From the human T2T-CHM13v2.0 reference genome, Homo sapiens, in the NCBI RefSeq assembly GCF_009914755.1, contig NC_060926.1: a stretch of DNA of 64,000 nucleotides; one strand, 5' to 3'. The notes under the pieces are model-generated. The model did no database searches, was not told where the DNA came from, and was given only the letters and a program-made list of their open reading frames with translations. Both the position numbers and the translations under genes were made by a program. Below are positions 15,024 to 30,734 of this stretch, piece after piece. The stretch's first letter is position 1, and the number at the start of each line of letters is the position of its first letter.

Positions 15024-15258
15024 ACTAATCCTTTTTCTTTTGAGCTCTTCACCTAATGTGAAAATGTTTCCATTACTTGCACCTATATCCTAGGCTAACA
15101 GCTTTTCACTAAACTATCAAATACACATTCTCATATGGATTTTAATATAGTCTCTGCTACATTGTTTTACAAAACAATAAGTTGAACTGTAAACTTAAAG
15201 TTTCAGAAATCTTTCATTTTAAAAATAAAATTAGAGCTTATTTAATCAGATAATCTCC

Positions 15259-15360
15259 ATATATATGTGTGTGTATATATATGTGTATATATATGTGTAT
15301 ATATGTGTGTGTATATATACACACACACACACACACACATACATACACACATACATGCAC
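15259..15360. repeat. Compound (TA)/(TG)/(CA) microsatellite
   Basis: Directly visible. Confidence 0.9.
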
Positions 15361-16119
15361 AGGTTGATAGGTTTGACAGCATGCATTTAATCTGCAACAC
15401 CCAAGAACACAAATACATTCAGAGCCACGGGGAAGTTGAGTAAAAGCAGCACTCCTTTCCAGACGCCTGGAATTGAGTTTGCAGAAGGTATGACTTCAGA
15501 TCACCCCAGCTGCTCTTGTTTCGACACCACGCAGACTACTTGTAAAGAAAAAATTCTCTCTTGATGTAGGCAATTTTCCCTTATGTTTTGTCATGTTATC
15601 TTTTGATTATGTGTCAAAAGATCATGTGTCATCGTGGTAGTAAGTAAACCTCGATTCTGTTTCTAGGTTGTCTGTTCTGGAGGCAGTGGGTAGGGATTGA
15701 GGGGGTGACTCTGAGCGGAGTTGCGGGGTTGGCTGCAGGTCCGCCGCTGTTAGGCGGGTTAGCCATCCTCCACTGTGTAAGCTGAGTGTAAGCTGTGGAA
15801 GAAGCTGAGCCATGTGTTAGCTGAGTGTACATGATACGATCCATTAACCAGACTAGAGGAAACGCCCACTCACCCTCCCTCCAGTTTCAGAGCTAAACAC
15901 CTCCCAGGGCCCCATGCCCTGCACCTGCCCCTTCTCTCCTGAGTTCAGTGAGAACCATGAATTTGCCTTTCTCTACAGTTTGGCCACATATGTGTCCCCA
16001 AACAACACATTGTTTAGTTTTGCTTGGTTTTGAACGTCACAGTAATTAAAGTCGTACCATATGTCTTCTTTGCCCTACATTCTCTGCTCAGTGTCTAATC
16101 AGACATGCACAGGTGTTGA

Positions 16120-16270
16120 ATTTTGACTCTGAGGCCCAGAATTTTCACCTGTGGGGTGATGATTATGCCTTACACATGGGGTTGTGATGTGGTTTAAATA
16201 CGTCCATAAGGACTATGAAGGTTGTCTGACCTGTAAGAAATGCTCAGTAATTTTAGTCATTATTAATTCA
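16120..16270 (+). mobile_element. MIR fragment
   Basis: Degenerate MIR core and 3' end (TTTTCACCTGT...GGTTGTGATG...AAATGCTCAGTAATTTTAG). Confidence 0.55.
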
Positions 16271-16930
16271 AATAAATAATAAAATCTAACTCAGTTAATA
16301 TTAAGACTTGGTAACAAATATTATCATTATATAACACTACCCACATGTATATATGAATAAATATTTAACAGAAGTGTCTTTACAAATTCTAATTAATTTT
16401 CAAGAAAACACAATTATGTTCACGATAACACAGTTGTGTTCCAAACCTTGATTATATTACCTTTACATGACCTCAGATAACCCTATAATTACTTTATCTT
16501 GATAAAGCAAGTATAATAAAGTATTACCTCATTACAGCATTTTGCAGGAGTTTGAATATTTATATGGATTAAAATGCATTATGCTGTATTTCCATTTTGT
16601 ATAATGAGGCAGTGGCTGTATTACCGTAGGGATGAACTAGAATCACTTTTCAGCTAAAATCAACAAACCTTGCCTAATCTGACCAAATAGTTCATTTTAT
16701 TTAGGATCACTAATTAAAATTTCGAATTAAAATCAAGCTTTCATGATTTTATTTTATCACCCATTTTACCACTTTTTAATTTTTTTTAAGGCTAAAAGTG
16801 TCCGTCAGCTGAAACACATTTCACAGATTTAGTTGGAAAGTATTTGTAATTACCTTTCATTTAATAACTGGGAATGACTCTTCTTCCTCCTCCCTTTCAC
16901 TGAACCAAAATTGCTTAAGAAGATTGGTTT

Positions 16931-18058
16931 TGTGTCCGGAATTGGTGGGTTCTTGGTCTCACTGACTTCAAGAATGAAGCCGCGGACCCTCGCGGTGAGT
17001 GTTACAGTAAAGATGGCGTGTCCGGAGTTTGTTCCTTCTGATGTTTGGATGTGTTTAGAGTTTCTTCCTTCTGGTGGGTTCGTGGTCTCGCTGGCTCAGG
17101 AGTGAAGCTGCAGACCTTTGTGGTGAGTGTTACAGCTCTTAAGGCGGTGCGTCTGGAGTTGTTGGTTCCTCCCTGTGGGTTTGTGGTCTCGCTGGCTTCA
17201 GGAGTGAAGCTGGAGACCTTTGCGGTGAGTGTTACAGCTCATAAAGGCAGCGTGGACCCAAAGAGTGAGCAGCAGCAAATTTATTGCAAAAAGCAAAAGA
17301 ACAAAGCTTCCACAGTGTGGAAGGGGACCCCAGCGGGTTGCCACTGGTGGCGCCGGGATCCTGCTTTTATTCTCTTATCTGGCCCCACCCACATCCTGCT
17401 GATTGGTCCATTTTACAGAGAGCCGAGTGGTCTGTTTTGACAGGATGCTGATTGGTGAGTTTACAATCCCTGAGCTAGACACAAAGGTTCTCCACTTCCC
17501 CACTAGATTAGCTAGATACAGAGTGTCGACACAAAGGTTCTCCAAGTCTCCATCAGGTAGCTAGATACAGAGTGTCGATTGGTGCATTCGCAAACCCTGA
17601 GCTAGACACAGGATGCTGATTGGTGTGTTTACAAACCTTGAGCTAGATACAGAGTGCCGATTGGTGTATTTACAATCCCTTAGCTAGACATAAAGGTTCT
17701 CCAAGGCCCCACCAGACTCAGGAGCCTAGCTGGCTTCACCCAGTGGATCCCCCACCGGGGCTGCAGGTGGAGCCGCCTGCCAGTCCTGCCCCTGCGCCCG
17801 CACTCCTCAGCCATTGGGTGGTTGATGGGACTGGGCACGGTGGAGCAGGGGGCGTCGCTCGTTGGGGAGGCTCCAGCCGCACAGGAGCCCACAGAGTGGG
17901 GGAGGCTCAGGCATGGCGGGCTGCAGGTCCCGAGCCCTGCCCCGCGGGGAGGCAGCTAAGGCCCCGAGAGAAATCAAGCGCAACACCGGTGGGCCAGAAC
18001 TGCTGGGGGACCCAGTACACCCTCCGCAGCCGCTGGCCAGGGGGCTAAGCCCCTCATT
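16931..18058 (-). mobile_element. LTR12C-like (ERV9) solo LTR, antisense, lacking its 5' portion
   Basis: Reverse terminus TGTGTCCGGAATTGGTGGGTTCTTGGTCTC, GTGAGTGTTACAGCTC repeats and CTGATTGGTG repeats. Similarity stops abruptly after CTAAGCCCCTCATTG. Confidence 0.93.
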
Positions 18059-18509
18059 GAGACAGACGCTGGGCTGCAATTCATCGTCATCTCATTAAAC
18101 CCCAGGCCCTGCAAAAAAGTCTGGGTCCAGGGAGGCTGCTGACCCATGGGCTCAGCACTGCCCTATGTGCGTTTTTCTGATGTCTGGAGGCGGCTTCTGA
18201 CCAACTCTAGAGCAAAATAGACCTCACTGCGTTAGTTCCAGACAAGAAATGGCAGCTCCATTCTGAAAACTCTAGATACCATTCTTTTCTGGGAATTTGG
18301 TTATGCATTTTGGTGCCTGGCTCTGGACAGTCATTTTTTTCTGCTGTTCTGTAGGATCTCAGGCACACATGTGGCTTGTTGACAAAACAAAATGCCACTT
18401 TTTGCTTTAGGTTAGAAGAGTCAGATGCGTCTTCATTGACCTTCATTAAACAAAGAGGTTAAGTCATTTACTGTGTGATTACCATAGGTATCATTTTAAA
18501 AACACATTA

Positions 18510-18845
<336 letters not shown>

Positions 18846-20262
18846 TCAATGACAATGACTACTTTCCATAAGTAGCTAAAGTTTGTTTTGTAAAAATCAA
18901 TGCGTCTAAATGCACAGAGATTTTTATTTTCTATAGGTCCATTCAGACCATGGGGTAAAATACTTTGATAAGAACAACCTTATCCCTGTACTGTTAGACA
19001 AGCTGAAGCTTAGTTTCCCATGCGTCAGGTAGGTATTTGATAAAGATGGTGCTTCTTAAACTAAATATTGAGAATTATGATGATTAATTGATTTGGACCT
19101 TGTTTTTATCATATGCAATTTTCTGCACTTTTATAGCATCCATATTAATGATATGATCTATATAATCTCTACCACATGTGTAATTTCACATGGAATCCAC
19201 ATATTCTGTGTGTACTTTCTTCTGTTAGCCTTTGATTCCCTTAAAATTTAGGTTTGTAATGCTTCTGAGGCCCCGGCTTGAGAGTCCATTATTCCAGATA
19301 ATCAATACATGTTTTCAGGATGCAGCCTACCCTCGTGTGGCTAGAGAGGGGAACAACAGCATGCGAAGAACTGAGAGAGAGAGATAGAAAGAGACAGAGA
19401 GACACAGAGACAGTGAGAGACACCGAGAGGGAGGGGGGCAGTTTGAACACAGGGAGACGGCGCAGGGGAGAAGAGCTGCCACCAATGCATGGGCCACAGC
19501 AGCTTTGCCATGCACAGTTTCGGTGCAAATGAGAACTTTGTTTGGATCGCTTAACATCAGTACCATTGCTGTACAGAATCGGTACCATTACGTACACTGA
19601 TATGAAAACTGTAGTTTCAACACGATTTAATATTTGCTAAACACTAGAAGTAATATTTAGAATTGACAGTTAATCTGTATATAGTTTGTCAAGAGCATTC
19701 CCACTTTCAAAGAACAGGTTATTACTTGTTTTCCACTATTTAAACAAAGATTTAAAATTGAAACAAAGCTATGTGAAGGCAAAAATTGGGGAAAAAAGCC
19801 TTAGCTTTTGTGCAGAGTTGTTCAGTTGTATTGAATGGGGCTCTGTCTGCCTCTCTGACAATGGAAAGGTTAAGTGAAAACATGCTGCATAGATTATAGT
19901 CAAACTTTCTCATACAAAGTTTTTCTCTTTGTTGCCTTTAATATTCTAGGTACAGTTGTTTTGATCAGAGCCGTCTCTGTACGTTTGCTTATGAGAATGA
20001 GGGGAAATGCTAAGTGGCTGAGGGAATTCCTTGTTTATTGCACACTTAACGAAAAATGTGCATCAGACTTTCCATATCCTGTAATGAAACCCTTTGTTAC
20101 GAGGAAGTGACATTCGTTTTCCACACTAAACAAGTCTTCTGTGACTGGAAGGCAGCTCTCTTAATGCACGTAAATCAATCTAGCTTTCCTTATGAAGAGG
20201 CCAATCTAGCTTTCCTTATGAAGTGGCCGCCTATTGCTATGTGTTCACATTTCCCACACCCC

Positions 20263-20602
20263 TGTGGACACATGCACACACACATCCATGGCACACACAT
20301 CAACAGATTCACATGCTCAGACTTGCAAATACCCGTGCATGCCGCCCACACCCACGCATGCACACCCATCTGCACCTGCACACACACACATCTCACGTGG
20401 ACACATGCACACACACATCCATGTGTACACACAGGCATGCACATATCAACAGATCCACACACTCAGACTCGCAAATACCCATGCATGCCACCCACACCCA
20501 CACATGCACACACATGCATACATTCACACCCATCTGCACCTGCACACACAAACACACATCTGCTCACGTGGACACATGCACACACACACACACACACGTG
20601 GC
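20263..20602. repeat. CA-rich tract built from a ~150-175-bp tandem duplication
   Basis: Blocks CTCAGACTYGCAAATACCC..., CACACCCATCTGCACCTGCACAC and CTCACGTGGACACATGCACAC each occur twice. Confidence 0.85.
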
Positions 20603-20701
20603 CACTTCAGCTACTGCAAGCCCTGTGCTTAAATGACTGTCATAACAAAGCATGTCACTGAGATTTCTCTTAAAACTGTTGCCACTTTTGCCACCCTGCA
20701 G

Positions 20702-20745
20702 CTGACCAGACAGGGATGTTGTTCGTAGGAGATGCTGTTCTCCAG
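20702..20745 (+). CDS. SNTG2: Gamma-2-syntrophin internal coding exon (44 bp), PDZ domain: (A)DQTGMLFVGDAVLQ
   Basis: Acceptor ccctgcag ends at 20701 and donor gtcagt starts at 20746. The exon starts in phase 1. Its translation matches the syntrophin PDZ motif AD.TG.LFVGDA.LQ. Confidence 0.95.
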
Positions 20746-20847
20746 GTCAGTATTGTACACGTTAATCCTTAACTTGATTGCATTTTTATTTTTAACTTGT
20801 ATTAATCAATCGTTATTCTCAACATTCTTACTTTGTCATCTGTTCAG

Positions 20848-20889
20848 GTTAATGGCATACATGTAGAAAATGCAACTCATGAAGAAGTG
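20848..20889 (+). CDS. SNTG2: Gamma-2-syntrophin internal coding exon (42 bp), PDZ domain: VNGIHVENATHEEV
   Basis: Acceptor tgttcag ends at 20847 and donor gtaagt starts at 20890. In frame with the previous exon. Contains the PDZ motif VNG.....ATHEEV. Confidence 0.96.
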
Positions 20890-22288
20890 GTAAGTGAATT
20901 ACATTTTATAGTTATTCTGTTTATTATTCTTGTATTTGAATTATTTGTCTCTATAGTTGATATTTCACTGAGTCTATCCATAGATGCAGTGTTAGAATTG
21001 GAAAGAAAGCTCAAAGGTTTAGTAAATCATGTTACAAAAGGACCTTAATAAACTGCCCACTGTCGACTGTTGTGTGCTGACTGGGGCACTTCACGAGCAT
21101 TCCTGTCAGGGATCCTCACAAACGCTGTAAAATACACTTGATGAAGCCCATGTTAGAGCACTGGAACTCAGGGAGCAGGTGACTCACCCGGGATTCCTGA
21201 AGTGTTATCATCGTGCTGAGCACAGGAGGTGTCAGGGCTTCACAGGGTCTCCCCGTACCGCCCGGGCGCTGGAGCCTGCAGGGCCTTCACGCCTTTGCTC
21301 CCTGTTGGCTGGCAGCAGCACACGTGCATAGAATGTGTGCCGTGGAGGACACCAGGTGAGACCTCTGAGGATCACATAAGATGGTGGGGGTCAGGATGCA
21401 TTCGGTGCAGGATGCTTTCCATGGAGATGAGCTTTCTCCAATGTCACGTCAGGTTAGGCGGATGAAACAGACGTCTATCCCCGAGGTACTCATTCTGGCT
21501 GTTGGGAAGAGAGAAGCCGAGTGCAGCCTCACCATAGGGCTGATGCCAGGAAGCATGTGGTGGGGACGCGTGGTCAGTCTGGTGCCTGTGGGGTGGGGGC
21601 GGAGGTGGAGACAGTATTACAGCTGAGAGATGAGGTGGAGGGCGAAGCGGGTGAGATGACGGGCAGAGCAGTCCCTGTGCTGATAAGTGACCTGGGGGAC
21701 ACAGGGTCAAGGGGAGAGGCAGTGGAGCCGAGTCCAGGACACACGCCTGGGGCCCAAGGTAGCCAGCAGAGCCCTCACGGGAGTTTAATTCTGTGAGTTG
21801 CAGCAAAAGGCAAGCAGGCTGGTAATTTAACTTGTCCCACGAAGATTAATAGGCATGCACTCATTTCTTCTTCAGTGTTTATCTTTTCAATTAGCCAACT
21901 CTTAGTTCCAAGGAAGGGCAAACAGCCCTAGTACCCAAAAGTCACCCCATCTGCATAGCAGTAAATTTCCGTGAAACCAAGGCAGGCACACGCAGCAGTC
22001 TGTAACTAAACGGGGAATCACTTCCTACACGCTCACTCAGAATTCATCTGTGTCTTCATTCAAGATGTGTAGTTATCGACCTCTAATTTGTGCTAGGCAG
22101 AGGAAGGAGTCACAACAACAAGGATCAGCATATTTCTTGGCCTCCAAAGCCAAAAAGTCTCGAGTAGATGAAGTGCTGTTATCCTTTTGCTTATTGTGGG
22201 AAAACACATCACAATTGATAGAGAGGCAAGACACACCTTCATGACTTCTATCCTAGCCCAGAGAGAGTAAAATTCTTGTGAGCAACAG

Positions 22289-22920
<632 letters not shown>

Positions 22921-25079
22921 TCCTAGTAAATTATATGTAAATCTTATAAATGGAGCTATTACAATATTGGACTGATACAAATATACTTTTTGAACCAGAC
23001 TGATCATATAATATGTTTACATTCTTATGTGATACAAAATAAATTATTAGAGAAATGCTAATGAGACATAAAATCTCAATTTTTCCGATGCATAAAGTTC
23101 ATTAAAATGCTAAAATTCTAAAAGACGTATAAATCATATGGTTTCACTTCCTCATTTTTCAGAGTAAATTCTGGCTTCAATTAATTCTAAAAGAAAAATG
23201 TCAGTTGTACTGAATGCAAAGAATCCTTTGTAATATAAAAACTAGATTTACCTCCACAAAGTGAATCTTATTCACTCTACTGCTTTGGAAAATTTTACTA
23301 CTTTAAGTTGTTAAAACATCTTAATACACATACATGCATATACATTAACATATAGTTTCCCCTTTTTAATACATCTGTGCATTTTCATCCACACTGGCAT
23401 ATAATACTGTAGCCAGCTACAGCCAAGTAAACTGTCCGTATGTTCACTGGGCAAATTCTGAGACATGTCTCTCTTCAGAGAAAAAGGGAGATCGATGACG
23501 GCTGTCACTCAGTGTGACATCCCTGCGCAGACACAGATTGGGATGTCTCGGGGGCGGGCAGCAGGAGCTGCCGGTTCCTCTCGTACCTGTACCTGGTCTG
23601 TGATGGGACCACTGATCCCGAGTGAGGCGCTCTGGGAGGTGGTGGGCTGCTCTCCAGCGCCCCCACAGGCAGGGCGCAGAACAACAGCCTGGCAGGGCCA
23701 CAGCGAGGCTGGTGTGTTCTGCCTGTAATCACCCCAGGGTATCTCAGCACAAGAAGCTTTACAGAATGTCATTTTTCTCCAGTTCAGTGGGAAATTTTAA
23801 AAAGACGTCTCAAATGTTAAAGTAAGATACTGTAATAGAAAATCACTTCTAGTCTAAGTTACAGTCTAAGTTCTTAAGTGCTATGAAACCATTGATAAAA
23901 ATTGACCTAATTGGAAAAAAAAAGTCACTAACACCTTTCACGGAGCTACCCTTTTAAATTTAAATTAGTCCTTTTAAAAAACACGTTTCAGTCACCTATA
24001 ATAGCTTTTACTATGATTACGAACTCATGGCAGATCCTGCCTGTAGGTGATTTTGAACTTAACTGTTAGAAATAAAGTTGACATCTTATGTTGGGAAAAA
24101 TGGTGTGGACACTCTGAGCAGGAAGGAACCTTCCAAATCATCTATTTTGAACAGCAGGTCAGGGTGGGAAGCCCCATTCACAGAAATTGGCTCTGACAGT
24201 TTACTCAGCAGACCATGGGGACTTCATTCCATGTTAGCAGAAGAAGGGGTTCCTAATACAGAGCTGAAGCTTGCTTTCCTGTTACGCCAGGTTTTCCATT
24301 TAATGACATGTGTTATGGTTAATACTGAAACAGGACGTTACATCCTGTGTAAGCAAGGCCTTTTTCCTCAAGAATGAGTACGTTCTGGCTTCGGTGCCGG
24401 AACACAAAGTATGCTATTGCCATTCAAAGGCAGGCTGTTTCTGGCGATGTGTGCTAACAGCTAGAAACTGCAGGAGAAAGAATCACTGGCCATTTTCATA
24501 GCTGTTTACCAGGTATCAGGGACGTTTTTGATTTGCTCTGGGATACAGAACACATCTGGGACAATAGCTGGAACTGGAGTTCCATCTGTTGATATTTACA
24601 ATAGAGCACTCCCTTGCTAATAATTTATTTGCTTTCTGCCTGAGCCAAGAGGCAATCGAAAGAAATGTAATAAAAATTACCTCCTCCACATCTTTCAAGT
24701 CTTCCCTACAGCATGGCTTTTGGTTTTCCGTTTTCCAAAGGAAAAGCCATTCTAGGATGTCCAGTCACCCAACCATGATGGGCCTGAATCCAGGGGTCCA
24801 GACACCAACGTGGAGGTTCCACCAGTAGGACACATATCTGTTCAGCTCTGTACTCAGAGGGGAGATAAGGAGCCCCAAGGTGTGTTTGGGGCCCTGAGAC
24901 AAGTGTGGGATGAGTCCAAGACAAAGGCAGCTGTCCCCCGACCCACATTAGTCGCACATTGTGACAGGGGCCATGGCAGGCACTGGGGCTCCAAGGACGT
25001 GGCATCGCCCCAGAGCCAGGGTCCAGCAGCTCTTTGTCTACCACTCATAGTTGCGAATCTCTGCTTTACGGAGGCTAAC

Positions 25080-27161
<2,082 letters not shown>

Positions 27162-27339
27162 TCAAAAACGGTTGACATCTCCTCTTTACCTCCTAAATCT
27201 TTAATGAGTTTCTTTCAGCAAACTCTCACCCCGAGACATATGGGAAAGGATCTGGAGAAACATAGAACCTGGTTTCTCTTTCTGCTTTGAGAAGGGAAAT
27301 GGAGGGTTGCTGAGTTGACAACGGACAACCCACCAGCCT

Positions 27340-29935
27340 TAAGAGTGCAACTGGCCAGAAATGGATAGACCCACCAGACAGAAATCAGAAAGGACATAAC
27401 AAATTTCAACAGCATCATCAATCCACTGCATATAATGGACATCTACAGACTACTTCACCCGACAACAGCAGAATAACATTCTTCTGAAGATCACATGAAG
27501 AATTCACCAAGACAGACCACATTCTGGGCCATAAAAACACATTTTAACGAATTTAAAGAACAGATATTGTATCAGTCTGTTTGCACATTGCTGATGAAGA
27601 CATACCTGAGACTAGGTAATTTATAAAGAAAAAGAGGCTTAATAGATTCACACTTCTACGTGGCTGCGGAGGCCTCAGAATCATGGTGGGAGGCGAAAGG
27701 CACATCTTACATGGTGGCAGACAAAAGAGAATGAGAAACAAGCAAAAGGGGTTTCCCCTTATAAAACTGTCAGATCTCATGAGACTTATTCACTACCACA
27801 AGAACAGTATGGAGGAAACTGCCACCATGATTCAATTACCTCCCACCAGGTCCCTCCCGTAACACATGGGAATTATGGGAGCTACAATCCAAGATGAGAT
27901 TTGGGTGGGGACACAGCCAAACCATATCAGATACTGTACAGTGTCTGCTCTTAAACCAAAATGGAGTTAAACTAGAGATCAATAACAGATAGCTGGGAAG
28001 TCACAAAATGCTTGGAGAATAAACAGTACGCTTCTAAATAACACACTGGTCGAAGAAGAAATCTCAATAGAAATCTTAAAAATATTTTCAACTAAAAATA
28101 ATACAACTTATCAAAATTTGTGGGATGCAGTGAAAGCAGTGATAAGAGAGAAATATATAGAATTGAAAGCATATATTAGAAGAAATGTCAAAATAATTTT
28201 TTTTTCAACAGCAGGAGTTTATTTCCCCAAAGCTCTAAGCTTTCCCCTTAGGAAACCAGAAAAAGAGAAGCAATTTAAACCCAATGTAAGTAGAGGAAAA
28301 TAAATGATGAAAATTAGAGAAGAAATCAGGGACTGAAGACAGGAAATCAAGATAGGAAAAAAAAGCTGTTTCTTTGTAAATATAAATAAACTTATAAGCC
28401 AATAGCCAGGCTACATATGCAAAGAGAGAACACAAGTTAATAATATTAGAAATCAAAGAGAGGATATTACTATAGATCCTATGGACATGACATACACCTC
28501 TATGCTGACAAATTTGATAACCTGGATAAAATGCACCAATTCCTTAAAAAACACAATCTGCAAAAACTTACACAATAAAATGCAGTCTAGATTGGCCTAC
28601 ATCTATTAAATGAATTAAATCAATAGTTAATAACTTTCTCAAACAGAAAGTGCCAGGCCAGACGGGTTCCCTGGTGAGTTCTACCAAACATTACAGCAGA
28701 AATTATACCAATTGTCTACAATCACTTTCAGAGAACAGAAGCAGAAGGAACACTTCCTAGTGCATTCCATGAGGCCAGCTTTATCACAATACCAAAACCA
28801 GATGAAGACATTATGAGAAAAGAAAATTATAGACCAATATGTCTCATGAACATAGATGCAAAAAATCCTCAACAAAATATTAGCAAATGGAATTCAACAA
28901 CGTATAAAAAGAATTACACACCACAACCAAGTGGGATTTTTTGCAGCTATGCAAGACTAGTTCAGCATTTGGAAATTAATGTAATTTATCACATTAACAA
29001 ACTAAAGAAGAAAACCCTAATGATCATATAAATGGATGCAGGAAAAGCATTCCACAAAACCCAACATCCATTTATGATATAAACTCTCAGTAAGCTAACA
29101 GTAGAGAAGGACCTCCTTAACTCGATAAAGATTAACTGCAAAAAATCCCACAGCTAACATCATAGATAATGGTGAGAAACTAGATGATTTCCCACCAAGA
29201 TCAGGAACAATACAAGGATGTCTCTTCTCATCAGTTCTTTTCAACACCATACTGAAAGTCCTTGGATGTGGAATGCAAGGTTATTTATTATATACAATTT
29301 AATTGCCTTGCTTGGTACCAGAAATGAAAAACTGGACTTTGAAATTTAAAAAGCACAATACCATTTACATTAGCACTAAAAGAAATAAATTACTTAGGTG
29401 TAAATATAACAAAATATGTATAATGTTTAAATGAGGTGAACTACAAAATTGATGAAAGAAATCATAGAAAAAAATTAATGAAGAAGATAGTCTATGTTCA
29501 TGAATAGGGAGACTCAATATTGTTAAGATTTCAGTTCTCTCCAACTTGATCTGTAGATTCAATATGATATCAACCAAAATTCTAGCAAAAAGTTTTGTGG
29601 ATATTGACAAATTGAGTCTAAAGTTTATATGGAGATGGAAAGACTAGAATAGCCAATGCAGTATTGAAGTAGAACAAAGTTTGAGGCTTGACACTTCCTG
29701 ATTATAAGACTTACTATAAAGCTAATTTAATCAAGACAGTGTGGTATTGGTGCAAGAATAGACAAATAGATTAATGGAATGTAATAGCCCAGAAATAGAA
29801 CCACATAAATATAGTCAACTTCTCTTTCACAGAAGAGCAAAAACATTATAATGGGGAAAAGGCAGTCTTCAACAAATGGACATCTACATGTACAAAAATG
29901 AATCTAGACATAGACCTTACACCCTCCCTAAAAAT
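27340..29935 (+). mobile_element. Old L1 (L1M/L1MB-type) ORF2 fragment
   Basis: Peptides WDAVKAVIREKYIELKAYI and [15 protein letters not shown]. Internal deletion near 29260-29350. No 3' UTR. Confidence 0.88.
27568..27929 (-). mobile_element. THE1B-like MaLR solo LTR inserted in the L1
   Basis: TGTATCAGTC...GGGGACACAGCCAAACCATATCA. TSD GATAT/GATAC. Confidence 0.92.
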
Positions 29936-29939
29936 GGAG

Positions 29940-30286
29940 GACCACGGGACCAGCTGCAGAAATGAGAACTGTAATTGTCATGAGTATTTCCTCCTCCTTT
30001 TGTTAAAAGCATGTTTGTGCATGTATACACTTGTACTAAGAAAATGTCTTCACTTTATTTCCTTTCTCCTTTATCATGTGACATAAGATTTATTGACTTC
30101 ATATCAGCATTTAAGTATTGTTAACTTTATATAATAGCATTTGAGTTGGGGATTGGTGTATTTCCAGTTGTACAAAGGATAGTTGTATTATGTTAGGTAT
30201 AATTATAACCTCATTATTGTCTATATTTGAGGACTATTTTTGATCTCAGGAGATGTATATGGATTCAAATTGACAAGGGTTGGGCT
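29940..30286 (+). mobile_element. HERV-L internal 3' end fragment with polypurine tract
   Basis: GACCAGCTGCAGAAATGAGAACTGTAATTGTCATGAG...TTGACAAGGGTTGGGCT directly abuts the MLT2A LTR. Confidence 0.8.
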
Positions 30287-30734
30287 TGTGATGGTTAATA
30301 CTGAGTGTCAACTTGATTGGATTGAAGGATGCAAATTATTGGTCCTCAGTGTGTCTGTGAGGGTGTTGCCAAAGGAGATTAATATTTGAGTCAGTGGGCT
30401 GGGAAAGGCAGACTCACTCTTAATTTGGGTGAGCACCATCTCATCAGCTGCCAGCATAGCCAGAATATAAAGCAGGCAGAAAAACGTGAAAAGCCTAGAT
30501 TGGCCTAGCTTCCCAGCCTACATCTTTCTCCCATGCTGGATGCTTCCTGCCCTTGAACATCAGACTTCAAGTTCTTCAGCTTTGGAACTCAGACTGGCTT
30601 CCTTGCTCCTCAGCATGCAGATGGCCTATTGTGGGACCTTGTGATTGTGTGAGTTAACACTCCTTAATAAACTCCCCTTACTATGTACATCTATCCTATT
30701 AGTTCTGTCCCTCTAGAGAACCCTGACAAATACC
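30287..30734 (+). mobile_element. MLT2A1-like LTR (HERV-L 3' LTR)
   Basis: TGTGATGGTTAATACTGAGTGTCAACTTGATTGGATTGAAGG...CTAGAGAACCCTGAC. About 448 bp. Confidence 0.92.

Noticed and set aside
15655-15700. Possible cryptic micro-exon (ctgtttctag|23 nt|gtaggg); similar acceptor-like sites near 18937 and 32685
   Set aside because: Weak donors, no syntrophin-like peptide, and the four real exons already join in frame.
20746-20847. The 102-bp intron contains TCCTTAAC (20766-20773), the U12 branch-point consensus, and its length is a multiple of 3
   Set aside because: The donor is GTCAGT, not the U12 GTATCCTT, and the motif is about 75 nt from the acceptor. Retention hits an in-frame TAA after 8 codons, so it is neither a U12 intron nor a coding retained intron.
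21340-22270. Possible L2/MIR remnants here and near 34900-35080, 51870-52520 and 55750-55900
   Set aside because: Too degenerate to delimit or name reliably by eye.
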